NCBI RefSeq assembly: GCF_000008645.1
Contig: NC_000916.1
Coordinates: forward strand, 630,001-662,000
Length of the DNA stretch: 32,000 nt
Reading direction: 5' to 3'
Origin: Methanothermobacter thermautotrophicus str. Delta H
GTDB taxonomy: Archaea; Methanobacteriota; Methanobacteria; Methanobacteriales; Methanothermobacteraceae
Under the pieces are notes generated by a model. It did no database searches. It was not told the origin of the DNA and saw only the letters and a list, made by a program, of their open reading frames with translations. Below are positions 11,701 through 21,590 of this stretch, one piece after another. A program made the translations under genes and the position numbers. Position 1 is the stretch's first letter. Each line of letters starts with the position of its first letter.

Positions 11701-12088
11701 GATAAACATATTGGGAAGATAGGTGTGTGCTCTCTAGAAGATGCCCATTATATGTGATATTCACGTTAAGCGGATAATCCACTTGCATATGTCCTTGGTA
11801 TACAAGTACATGAAGTTGTGCCCATGAAACACTTGCATTAGCAGGCAAATCCCTAAAAGTATATACTACCGTGGAATTACCGGGTTTATTCATACTATAA
11901 TCTGCCGATCCGTTGGTGCCAAAATAGGTATCAACATAAAGCCCGCCACTTACAGTCCCATTTTTGACTGTTTCAAGTTTTAAACCTCCACACCATGGAT
12001 CAGCATAAGCTGACGAAGTTAATGAAAATATTACAACTGTTAGAATGATTACACCCAACAGCTTATGAAATTTCTCCATCAGAACCAA
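5705..12088 (-). CDS. Giant secreted surface protein: signal peptide, DUF3344-like module, CARDB x2, CobN/ChlH-like chelatase large-subunit domain, Ser/Thr/Gly-rich linker, C-terminal TM. ORF interrupted by one in-frame TAG at 11135-11137
   Basis: ORFs 11135-12088 and 5705-11068 are in the same frame. The 22 codons between them (APVSREPELWTQSKLDGTFYKG, then LTYNV...) complete the CARDB domain. N-terminus LLGVIILTVVIFSLTSSAYADPW is a signal peptide. CobN signatures: HLGRHATYEWLPGKE, QIYYYIVDGLAEGIQAKRRGSAVIIDHLTPP, RIDVVIITTGLFRDLYSRQAGLLDKAFRVA, IFAPPENDYGAGI, YGVLDNDDFFDYWGGL, RYFNPEWIRAMM. C-terminus GISFYAIMGVLILVVLMAIGYFRASRKEY. Confidence 0.8.
5729..5794 (-). other. C-terminal transmembrane anchor of the CobN-like surface protein
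   Basis: GISFYAIMGVLILVVLMAIGYF followed by basic RASRKEY, preceded by a low-complexity S/T/G linker. Confidence 0.8.
10527..10695 (-). repeat. 169-bp perfect direct repeat, copy 1 (within CARDB domain 2)
   Basis: Compared by eye with 10851-11019: no mismatch seen; offset 324 bp (108 codons). Confidence 0.9.
10851..11019 (-). repeat. 169-bp perfect direct repeat, copy 2 (within CARDB domain 1)
   Basis: Same sequence as 10527-10695, from tcctggatgtggttttctgg to cctaaccccactag. Confidence 0.9.
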
Positions 12089-12129
12089 CCTTCTTTGATC
12101 ATTTCTATCACTTTATTGTAAATTCATTG

Positions 12130-12137
12130 TTTATATA
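12130..12137 (-). promoter_or_regulatory. Possible archaeal TATA box for the CobN-like surface gene
   Basis: Minus-strand tatataaa in an AT-rich stretch roughly 45-50 bp upstream of the start codon. Confidence 0.35.
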
Positions 12138-12277
12138 TTTTACCAAAAAAGTATTACTAATTATGAGGAGTATAAAAATAGTATCATAAAAAGTCGTAGT
12201 GTGTTACTATACATTGTGTAGAAGAAAAACAAGTAATACCATGGGAGCCTTTCTAACAAAAAAATAAAAAGGGGGGC

Positions 12278-15200
12278 TTATATTGTGACGTAGTTTGGCA
12301 GTCGCTTATTGGTTCCGTAGAATTTTATGATTTTGCTGTACATGTAAACCAGACGTTGGAATGGTATTCTTCCAAGGCCAGTGATGGCGTAATTTGGTGC
12401 GCGGCCACGACTATCTATGAATGAAAGGATATTCTTTGCAACCTTCACATAACTTGACCTGTAAATTCTGCCATGTCTGTACCATCCACTAGAAGCTGTC
12501 GGACTTGCAACACTCTTCACAGAAATCAGAGCTAGGTTACCAGCATTTATATTGACTGTTGCCTTGCAAAGCAAGTAAAGGAACTGTGCCATACTTTGCT
12601 GCTGCCCATTAATCGCCACCTTACTTGGCAATCTACCATAACGCTCATAATAAGCTCTAACCCAAGAAGCAGCATCAATGATCTGTCCAACGCTAATACC
12701 CGGACTCCTAACACTCACAAACGCTGTCAAATTATTTATTGCCACAGGATAATTACCCGCTGAAGTCAGAGTATAATTGAAGCTCACAACTCCCACACCA
12801 CCAGCAGGGACCGCTATAGTCTTTGTAGCTACCGTCTGACCATTCACCTTAAATTGTGCTGTGTAATTTCCGGCCAAGTCACCAGTGTTTCTCAAGTTAG
12901 CTGTCACCGTAATGTTCAGTGGTGCCACACCACTCTTTGGAGTCACCGTAAGGTTTCCTACTGTTATATTAGCAGGTTTTAACACTGTCACAGCCACTGG
13001 GGCCAGATCATCTATTGTCACATTGTAAACTCCAGCAGTCAACACCCTACTAAACTCCACACTCACAGTCTGCCCAGCAGGGACCGCTATAGTCTTTGTA
13101 GCTACCGTCTGACCATTCACCTTAAGTTGCGCTGTGTAATTCCCTGCCACATCACCACTGTTCGTCAAATTAGCAGACACCGTAATATTCAATGGCGCCA
13201 CACCACTCGTTGGAATCACCGTAAGGTTTTCGAGTGTGAATTGTGGGCCTTGGTAGACTGTTATGTAGTTTTCTTTTGTTAGTGTGTTTTCTCCTCCGGG
13301 TCCTTTTATTATGAGTGTTACTGTGTAGGTTCCTGGTTGTGTGTAGGTGTAGGTTGGGTTTTGTTCTGTGCTATCTATTATAGTGTCGTTGTTGAAGTCC
13401 CAGTACCATTCTGTAGCTTCAGTTGAAAGGTCGGTGAACTGGACTGTTAGTGGTGCGATTCCTTCAGTTGCATTGGCTGTGAAGTTGGCCATTGGTGGTT
13501 CGTATTCTAGTATTAGGATTGCTTGGAGGGCTACCATGTTGTCTCCATGGCTTCCGTTGTTGTAGCTTTGTATTTTTGCGGTGTTTGTCCCGTTTTGTAG
13601 GGTTTCTTTTATTTGGTAGGTGCTGAATCCTATTTGCGGTCCTGTTAGGTAGTCTTGCCAGAATCCTGTGTATTCTTGGTTGTTGAAGTAGAATTTGCTT
13701 TTGTTGGCTTCGTTTGCAGAGGCTGTTATGACTATTGTCTTGGCTTCTTTTAGCATGTTTGTGTTTATGTCGTTGAAGATTGCGTGGGCTGTTGCCTCGG
13801 TATCGTTTACTCCGTAGTCTGTTCTGCTGTAGAGCATGTCTGTTTCTTCGTTTATCCAGATTTTCTTGATAGTTTCGTTTTCGTGTTCATAGATTATGAG
13901 AATGTATGAACCGTAAAGTGCTGTTGTTGTGTTAGTTCCAGCTGTTAGGGTTAGTGTGTTGTTTTCACTCGGCCTGAATAGGCTTGTTACATTATATACT
14001 AGTAGTCCGCTTGGGTAATTGCTTGATCCGTAACCTTTGGTGTCGTTGTAGTGTGCCAGTGGATTTATGGTTACGTTGTTGAATGTTGCGATGAAGTCTG
14101 GGATTCCCCCTACAGTGTTCCATGTGTATGGTTGGTATAATCTAGCCTCTTTTATTGTGGCTCCTTCTGGTATTGGTAGGTCTGCTGGGGTCCATATGAC
14201 GATGTAGGGGTTTTGCCAGTTTCCTGATCCTGATCCACGGTATGTTGAATTGCCTGGTGAATATAATAGTTTTAGGCGTCCTTCTAATGCTAGTACAGTG
14301 TTTATGTCGCTTCCATTCGTGTACTGCTTGCCCTTGTAGCCGTTGTAGTAGATGGTAGCAGTTGTATTGTAAATGTTGTTGGTTTCGTTGGTTTCTTCAA
14401 CTTCATCATCACTGTCCACTATGACGTTAATGGTTATGGGTCCTGTTAGTGGTGTGAAATCATTAAATGTTACATTGGCGGTTGCACCTGCAGCTAATCC
14501 TTGTAGTATCTTTGTATTATTATATTCGCCTACTATGAGTTTCACTTTGAATTGGCCGGCGTCAAGGTTTCCTTCATTATATATTGTTACTTGGATCGTG
14601 TTGGGTTCATTTGCGAATAGTTCACGGTGTCCAGCCGCATTATTTGGATTATATGTGATGTTAGTGACTTTAAGATCTCTCTGTAAGGATACAGTAGTGT
14701 TTGCTACGTTGTTGTTGATGTTAGCATCCCTTATATTCGTATTTCTGAGATAGTGCATATCCGTGTATGTTATGTTTGCGATGATTATATAATCTCCAAG
14801 TGTCAGGTTCAGGTTTTGTGTGATCGTCCTTGATTCTCCTGGTTGTAAGGCTGGGATTTCATGGATAAATTCTTGACTGTCACATGTTATATTCACCGGG
14901 AATGTTGCATCCGGGTCTATTTTTGTGATGTCTGCTTTACCATTGTTCTTAACCCTTACCTGTATACTATTACTTGTTGCTGTGATGTTTTCAATTAGTA
15001 GATCTGCTATGAGTGGTTTTTGGTCTCCCTGGTATGGTGTATCCCCAATTCCATCTCCGTCAAGGTCGTCTCCTGTGTAATCCGACCAATAATTACCTCC
15101 GCCAGTGGTGTTCCAATTGTTGTTGCTTGGATTTCCCTCTGTCTGGTTTGTATTGTTTATGAAGTAATTATCGTATATCATGTTTCCTGTACTGGCCCCT

Positions 15201-18200
15201 GTTCCGGTGCCTGTCAGTCTAATACCCTTTGAGTTTTCTTTGATGATGTTGCCTATGATGGTATGGTTACTTCCACCAGTCACATAGAGTCCATAGTTGC
15301 ATCCCGTGACATTGTTTCCTGTTATCGTGCATCTTTGGGCGTTGAATGGCCATATTCCATAGTTGCAGTTTGTTACTATGTTGTCTTGTACTGTGTCGCC
15401 ATTTAGTGGCACGATGCCGTATCCTTGTTTGTTTGTCCCTATTGCTGTGTTGGCTATTATTGTATTGTTTCCTCCGCCTTCAACGCGGATTCCACTTTTA
15501 TCCGCCACGTAGACTGTGTTGTTGGCTATGAAGTTATTGTTGCCAGATATGTATATAACTGATCTGACTGTGCCTGGGTTTACTATATTATCTGTTACGA
15601 TGTTGTTTGCACCATATACGAGTAATCCACCAGAGGTGATGTTATTGTATGCTATTGTATTGTTTCCGTCTCCAGATACGTATATACCATAGGTGCTGCC
15701 TTGAACGTTATTGTATTGTATCGTGCTCGTTACACCATTGTAAAGGTATATGGCGTTGCTAGAGTTCATTATGGTGTTATTTTCTATTATGAGATTGTTG
15801 TTTTGTTTGTATGCGATTATAGCATTTGCTTGTGTGTTTGTTATGGTACTGGTTTTTATTGTGATGCCAGTGGAGTTCCAGAGGTATATTCCATGTCTAT
15901 TATTGAGGATTGTTGTGTTTTGGATTGTGCAATCGCTTGAAGTGACTATTAGTATTCCTTGACTGTTATTGGATACTGTGATATCCTTTATTGTGACATT
16001 TGTTCCATTGATTATGGCGAGGAATCCTACTGTTTCATTGATTGTCCTGTTTTGGACGTTCTTCAAGTAATATACAGGGTTCCCATTTATAGTGTTGCTC
16101 GTGTCTATCTCCTGATTGAATTTTGAACCATCTGTTGATACTGTGTCAAAAACTCCAAAGTTTAACAGGTTATCTTGTAGTCTGTTATTGTGGAGTTGGC
16201 AGCCTTCAGAATCTTTAATGTAGATTCCATAGTAGTTGTTGATGACTGTGTTGTTGATAAGTGTGCATCTGTACTGTGTATCAATGTTGATGCCTTTACC
16301 ATTTGTACCATTAGCGCCTTGGATTGTGAAACCCTCAATCCTTGTATCATTTGCTTTCACATCAATAACGGTTCCAGTTGACGTAGATGCTATGATATTC
16401 ACAAGACCATTGGCCTTTAATGTTAAAGGCTTATTTAAGACTATGTTTTCTGTGTAGTTGCCTTCACCTACGAGTATTGTATGTCCAGCTACTGTACTAT
16501 TATCGTTTATAGCATCCTGGATTCTATCAAACGTTCTGTTTGTGTCAAGGTTCATGACCTTCGCCACTGTTATGCAGTTTTCTTTTGTTAGTGTGTTTTC
16601 TCCTCCTGGTCCTTTAACGGTAAGTGTTACTGTGTAGGTTCCCGGTTGTGTGTAGGTGTAGGTTGGGTTCTGTTCTCTGCTATCTATTATAGTGTCGTTG
16701 TTGAAGTCCCAGTACCATTCTGTAGCTTCAGTTGAAAGGTCGGTGAACTGAACTGTTAATGGGGCAACACCCATTGTGGGACTTGCTGTGAAGTTAGCTG
16801 CCAGTGACTCAACATATTCAACCATTAATATTTGTAGGATTGCGCCCATCCCACCACTGCTCGTGCCTTGTATCCTTGCCCTGTTTTCTGTGCTGTTTAA
16901 TTTGCCTGTGACATTGAATATCTCGGGGTATGATGTTTTGCTGTTTCCTTGCCACACGTTCAATCCTAAAGTCTCATTGTTGAAGTACACGTTTCCTTCA
17001 TTTGGTCCGGCATGTGTTACCCATGTCATATAGGTTGCATTTGAAACTTTCTCCACGTCAGGTATTCCGGGGAAGTTGACATATGCAATGCATTCTTCAG
17101 GTTGCACGCTAAAGTTTGGGTCAAGGAGTAGAATGTCATATTCTTCGTTTATGTATATACCAGTGGGTGGTCTTGATGTGTCGTTGTAGATCACTAGGAG
17201 TGTGAATGGGAACATGCTAAGTGTATGTGTTTGTTGAGATGCCGGTACTGTTAAGTTTACAAAGACTGCATTATCTTGGTTTTTTAGGTAGTATTCTGTC
17301 ACATCATAGACTAGTAATCCATATTTATAGTGCGGGTAGCCTCCAAAATTTGATTGATCCCAGTACCATCTTGTATAATTCCCTGGTTGGAATGTAGCAT
17401 TATTGAAGTGTATTGTAAGGTATGTTGTTGCGGCCCCATCAGCAGGGTTTGTGCCCTTGTTATCCCAGTTGTATGGGACGTAGAGGTAAACTTTGACTGG
17501 TGTGGCATTTTCTGGTATGCTAAGTTGCGTTCCATTAAAAATCACAGTGTAGTTTGACCAGCCTTCGGTTCCAGCCCTATATGTTGTATCTGGTTGCGCA
17601 TAATATGCTAGACCATAACGGCCATAGTATGTTTCTACCGTATTAATGTCTGAGCCATTGTAGGCCCATCTTTAACCCTTGTATCCATTATATAGAACTG
17701 GAACTGTCCTCGTCTTTTCGTTGTTTGCTTCATTGGTTTCTGGCACTTCATTGTATGGGTCTATCACGAACCTGTAGGTCACATTTTGGTTATTGTTACT
17801 GTAGAGTGTTTCCGTCGTGGCAGATCTTATCGTAGGATCCGTTATATTCACATATACTGTTCCACTAGGATTAATGGGGGGTATAATAGAGGTTGCCACT
17901 AGTTCGTCGTTAGCATATAATGCCAGTATGGTCGCTGGTGATGCGCCACTACCATTATTTTTAATCTGGCACCTCATTGTATTATTTTCCAATACAAATG
18001 CTGCACCACCATTAAATGTGACTGTCTGTAGTGTTAGGTCTATGTTTGGTGTGTAGGTGACTTTTTGGACTGCAAGTATTATCTTATAGTAGCCCCCTAG
18101 TCCTGTTCCTGGGCTTTTGTGGTATGTGAATTTGTTGGTTCCGTTATTGTAGATGTTTGTGACATTCCATATTTCGTATCCACTGTAGCTTCCACGTCTT

Positions 18201-19012
18201 TGGTATGTGCCATTTGGCAGGTTCTGGTCATTGTATGTGTAAATTCCATCACTGCTCGCTGCATGCACTATCATCACACTCGCATTTGCAGGGTTGGGCA
18301 CAGCACCGTTGAAGTAGGTTTCTCCTGTGTAATCTTCATCGTTGTAGCTACTCACGTCATGTCCCCAATTGATCCAATATCTTGTCGCGGTTGTGCTTCC
18401 TGGGATGTTGTAGGCCACGATTAGTGTTATGAGTTTTATGCGGCCGTCGTAGGATCCGATAGTGCATACGTTGGCTGTGTTGTTCATGTCCTTCTTTGTC
18501 ATGTTTGTTACATCATACCATAGTAGGTAGTCGCTTGTGACGCGCATTGTATGGTTGTTTATCATCAGGTAGGGGTCGTTGTCATGTCCCTCGCCTAGAA
18601 GCCAAGTGTTATTGTTTCCCTCTGGGGGGTAGATGTATGTTGTGTAGAGTGTTTGGTTTTCTAATGAGTTGCCATTGTAGGTTACGTTTACATATGTTTG
18701 CCTGGCTTCTTGCATGTGGCCTGAGTATACGAGGACGTACAGTGTTGCATTTTTGATCTGAGCATTTGATGGTATTGTGTAGTTGAAAGTGTATGTGATG
18801 TTAGCGTTTCCTCCTGTATTGTTGCCAACACCCTCTGGATCTGTGAAACCATAATATGAGTCAACGTTTACATCGCCTGTTACTGTACCATTCTGGAGCG
18901 TATCTAATGGTTTGCCACCAACATAACTGTCTGCATAGGAATACCCGTTTAAAACTAGGATAACACTGATTATCAGCAAAATGTAAACACTACTCTTCAA
19001 CGTAGAATTCAA
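12278..19012 (-). CDS. Giant secreted adhesin-like protein: DUF3344-like modules, CARDB, PKD x2, NosD-type right-handed beta-helix, C-terminal pseudomurein-binding repeats. ORF interrupted by one in-frame TAA at 17672-17674
   Basis: ORFs 17672-19012 and 12278-17545 share a frame. The intervening 42 codons (RWAYNGSDINTVETYYGRYGLAYYAQPDTTYRAGTEGWSNYT) align with an internal paralogous segment (KQYTNGSDINTVLALEGRLKLLYSPGNSTYRGSG). PKD: APLTVQFTDLSTEATEWYWDFNND. Beta-helix: repeated NNTI.xN and NYWSDYTGDDLDGDGIGDTPY. Confidence 0.8.
12281..12697 (-). other. Pseudomurein-binding repeat region of the giant adhesin
   Basis: SWVRAYYERYGRLPSKVAINGQQQSMAQFLYLLCKA ... NILSFIDSRGRAPNYAITGLGRIPFQRLVYMYSKIIKFYGTNKRLPNYVTI. 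Confidence 0.8.
13256..13497 (-). repeat. PKD module copy 2 (approximate bounds)
   Basis: APLTVQFTDLSTEATEWYWDFNNDTIIDSTEQNPTYTYTQPGTYTVTLIIKGPGGENTLTKENYITV; nearly identical DNA to about 16566-16806. Confidence 0.75.
16566..16806 (-). repeat. PKD module copy 1 (approximate bounds)
   Basis: APLTVQFTDLSTEATEWYWDFNNDTIIDSREQNPTYTYTQPGTYTVTLTVKGPGGENTLTKENCITV. Confidence 0.75.
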
Positions 19013-19019
19013 TATTTTT

Positions 19020-19068
19020 CACCTCCTATTAATAACTGGTCTCTTATTGCTATTTTATTATATAAAAA
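19020..19068 (-). promoter_or_regulatory. Candidate promoter/RBS of the giant adhesin gene: TATA-like tttttatataa (19058-19068) and Shine-Dalgarno GGAGGTG (19020-19026) upstream of a TTG start at 19012
   Basis: Spacing is compatible with an archaeal promoter; strong SD complementarity. Confidence 0.55.
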
Positions 19069-19219
19069 TTAATATGTATTACATTTTATAGTAAATTATA
19101 TATTATAGTATTACATATGTTGATACAAATATTCAATGTCGGAGAGTAATCAAGCGCAGCTGGTAAAAAACTCGTATGAGCACATGCTCAGAAAACTAAA
19201 AGGTTACCAAACAAACCAA

Positions 19220-19484
19220 AGAACTGCTTCATAAAAAAGATATAACCCCTGGATGAAATTCTTATATGATGATAAGGTCAAAGTACGCCTTCCTCCAGAG
19301 GCTCACAAGGGACCTCAAAAATGAAATCAATAAGTATAGGAGAGGAACTGGAGGGAGCAACACCCCCATCGGTCTTCATAGGTAGCTGGAATTACCCTAA
19401 GGTTTATGCGGGTCCCATGATAGCCCCTGTACAGGAGGAAATGGAAATATTTGACTCCCCCGAGCGATGGATACCAGAGAGAAA
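19220..19484 (+). pseudogene. Truncated duplicate of the upstream region and 5' end of the nre gene
   Basis: Nearly identical to 21545-21808 by eye. A one-base insertion in the A-tract before ATG (cctcaaaaatgaaatc vs cctcaaaatgaaatc) frameshifts the upstream start [11 protein letters not shown]. Homology to nre stops at about 19482-19484. Confidence 0.9.
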
Positions 19485-19682
19485 CATTGCAGCAGCCTGG
19501 TTAATTAACTCGCTGGCCTCGTTTATAATGAGCCCGGAGTGAACGAAGTGATCATCATAGAACCCTATTGATCTCAAGTAGGTCCCGGCGACCCTAACTA
19601 TCAAAATTGTGAAGATCAGCAAAAAAACCCGGACCCAGGATTTCACCTGATATGTTCCTGAACACTCTGCTGAGGAGCTATA
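19482..19682 (-). pseudogene. Degenerate fragment (3' part) of the 120-aa gene at 4929-5291
   Basis: [27 protein letters not shown] matches [34 protein letters not shown] similarity continues to about gctgaggagcta, with indels. Confidence 0.88.
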
Positions 19683-19707
19683 TAACCAAAAAAATATTAA
19701 AAAAGGT

Positions 19708-21432
19708 TTAGATTGTGACGTAGTTTGGCAGTCGCTTATTGGTTCCGTAGAATTTTATGATTTTACTGTACATGTAAACGAGGCGCTGGAAGGGTATTCT
19801 TCCAAGGCCAGTGATGGCGTAATTTGGTGCGCGGCCACGACTATCTATGAATGAAAGGATATTCTTTGCAACCCTCACATAACTTGACCTGTAAAGTCTG
19901 CCATGTCTGTACCATCCACCAGAAGCTGGCGCACTTGCAACACTCTTCACAGAAATCGGAGCCACGTTACCAGCATTTATATTGACTGTTGCCCTGCAAA
20001 GCAGGTAGAGGAACTGCGCCATACTATACCCATGTCCACTGATTGTCACTTTACCTGGCAATCTACCATAACGCCCATAATAAGCTCTAACCCAAGAAGC
20101 AGCATCAGTGAGCTGCCTAACACTAATTTTAACACTCGCAAAGGCTGTCAGATTATTTATTGCCAGGGTATAATTACCCGCTGAAGTCAAGGTGTAATTG
20201 AAACTCACAACCACCACACCACCAGCAGGAACCTCCACCGTCTTTGTAGCTACTCTCCGACCATTCACTATAAGTCCAGCTGTATAATTCCCTGGTAAGT
20301 CGCCAGTATTTGTCAAATCAGCAGACACTTTAATGTTCAGTGGCGCCACTCCACTCGTTGGAGTCACCTTAAGGTTCCCTGCTGTTATGTTGATCTTTTT
20401 GATGTTGTTACTGGTGTTAGCGTCTCTTATGGTTGTAGTTTCCAGGTAGTGTGTTGTTTCGTTGTATAGTATTGTTGTTATGATTTGATAGTTTCCTCCT
20501 GGGACGATATTCAGTGTGATTGTCTGTGTTCCTCCGCCTGGTAGGGGGTCTATGTCTCGTGTGAATTCTTGGCTGTTATATTGTACTGTGATCGGGACTT
20601 GTGCGTTCGGATCTATCCTTGTTATATCTGCTTTCCCATTATTTTTAACCCTTACCTGTATACCGCCGCTTGTGCTGATATTTTCAATCATTAAGTCAAC
20701 GATTAATGGTTTCTGATCCAAATTGTATGGTGTGTCACCTATACCATCACCATCAAGATCGTCTCCAGCATAATCTGACCAGTAATTACCCACTTCTGTC
20801 CCATTCCAATAATTGCCACTTAAATCTCCTGCTGTCTGGTTTGTGTTGTTAATGAAATAATTCCCAACAATAGTATTGTTACCTGATCCAAATAGGAAGA
20901 TTCCGTAGCTGTTGTTGGTGATGGTATTGTTACAGATGGTGTTATTACCTGATTCAAATAGGTAGATTCCCCATTGGTTGTTGGTGATGGTATTGTTACA
21001 AATAGTATTATTATCTGATCCAAGTAGGTAGATTCCCTCCTCGCCGTTGCTGGTGATGACATTGTTACAGATAGTGTTGTTGGATCCAGATAGGTAGATT
21101 CCGGGTTTGCCACCTGTTATTGTGAATCCTTTGACCTGTGTGTTGTTGGCTGTGACATTGAATACTGGCATGGTAGTATTGCCTGCGGATACAGTTACTG
21201 TTCCGTTAGCCTCTAATGTTAGAGTTTTGTTAACGAGCACATTTTCATTGTAGGTTCCTGAATTGACGATTAAATGATGTCCATCTGTACTGTTATCTAT
21301 GGCTTCCTGGATTGTGCTGAATTCTTCAGTTGTATTTAAGTTAACAACTGTTGCTGATACCCCATTTACAAGCAAGAACGCCACTGCTAAAACTAGCAGT
21401 AAAAATGAGATCCTCGACATTATTTTCACCAA
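19708..21432 (-). CDS. Secreted beta-helix surface protein with C-terminal pseudomurein-binding repeats (short paralog of the 12.3-19.0 kb adhesin)
   Basis: Signal peptide ISFLLLVLAVAFLLVNGVSAT, NosD-like NNTICNNTITNN repeats, DGDGIGDTPY, CARDB-like segments and a C-terminus almost identical to the giant adhesin (VAKNILSFIDSRGRAPNYAITG...NYVTI). Confidence 0.85.
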   Translation of the reverse strand: MVKIMSRISFLLLVLAVAFLLVNGVSATVVNLNTTEEFSTIQEAIDNSTDGHHLIVNSGTYNENVLVNKTLTLEANGTVTVSAGNTTMPVFNVTANNTQVKGFTITGGKPGIYLSGSNNTICNNVITSNGEEGIYLLGSDNNTICNNTITNNQWGIYLFESGNNTICNNTITNNSYGIFLFGSGNNTIVGNYFINNTNQTAGDLSGNYWNGTEVGNYWSDYAGDDLDGDGIGDTPYNLDQKPLIVDLMIENISTSGGIQVRVKNNGKADITRIDPNAQVPITVQYNSQEFTRDIDPLPGGGTQTITLNIVPGGNYQIITTILYNETTHYLETTTIRDANTSNNIKKINITAGNLKVTPTSGVAPLNIKVSADLTNTGDLPGNYTAGLIVNGRRVATKTVEVPAGGVVVVSFNYTLTSAGNYTLAINNLTAFASVKISVRQLTDAASWVRAYYGRYGRLPGKVTISGHGYSMAQFLYLLCRATVNINAGNVAPISVKSVASAPASGGWYRHGRLYRSSYVRVAKNILSFIDSRGRAPNYAITGLGRIPFQRLVYMYSKIIKFYGTNKRLPNYVTI

Positions 21433-21590
21433 CTAATTATATTATTAAATCATTATTTAACATTACCCTAAACCAAAAAAAATAGCATCATCTTAACGGC
21501 GAATAAAAAAAACATATAAAAAGATTTGAAGTGGGACAATTAGAAGAACTGCTTCATAAAAAAGATATAACCCCTGGATGAAATTCTTAT

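Noticed and set aside
5896-18756. Many plus-strand ORFs of 60-170 aa opposite the surface genes (e.g. 6014-6418, 17817-18056, 18119-18424)
   Set aside because: They are antisense to clearly homologous coding sequence, have biased Cys/Val/Ser composition typical of shadow frames, and show no recognisable domains.
13500-18900. T/G-rich, repetitive-looking plus strand considered as a CRISPR or satellite array
   Set aside because: No fixed-length repeat/spacer pattern. The skew comes from Asn/Thr-rich minus-strand coding (AAC, ACA codons) and beta-helix repeats.
19220-19682. Considered an insertion sequence or integration scar
   Set aside because: No transposase, terminal inverted repeats or target-site duplication seen. 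Both halves trace to genes flanking the cluster, which fits tandem duplication better.
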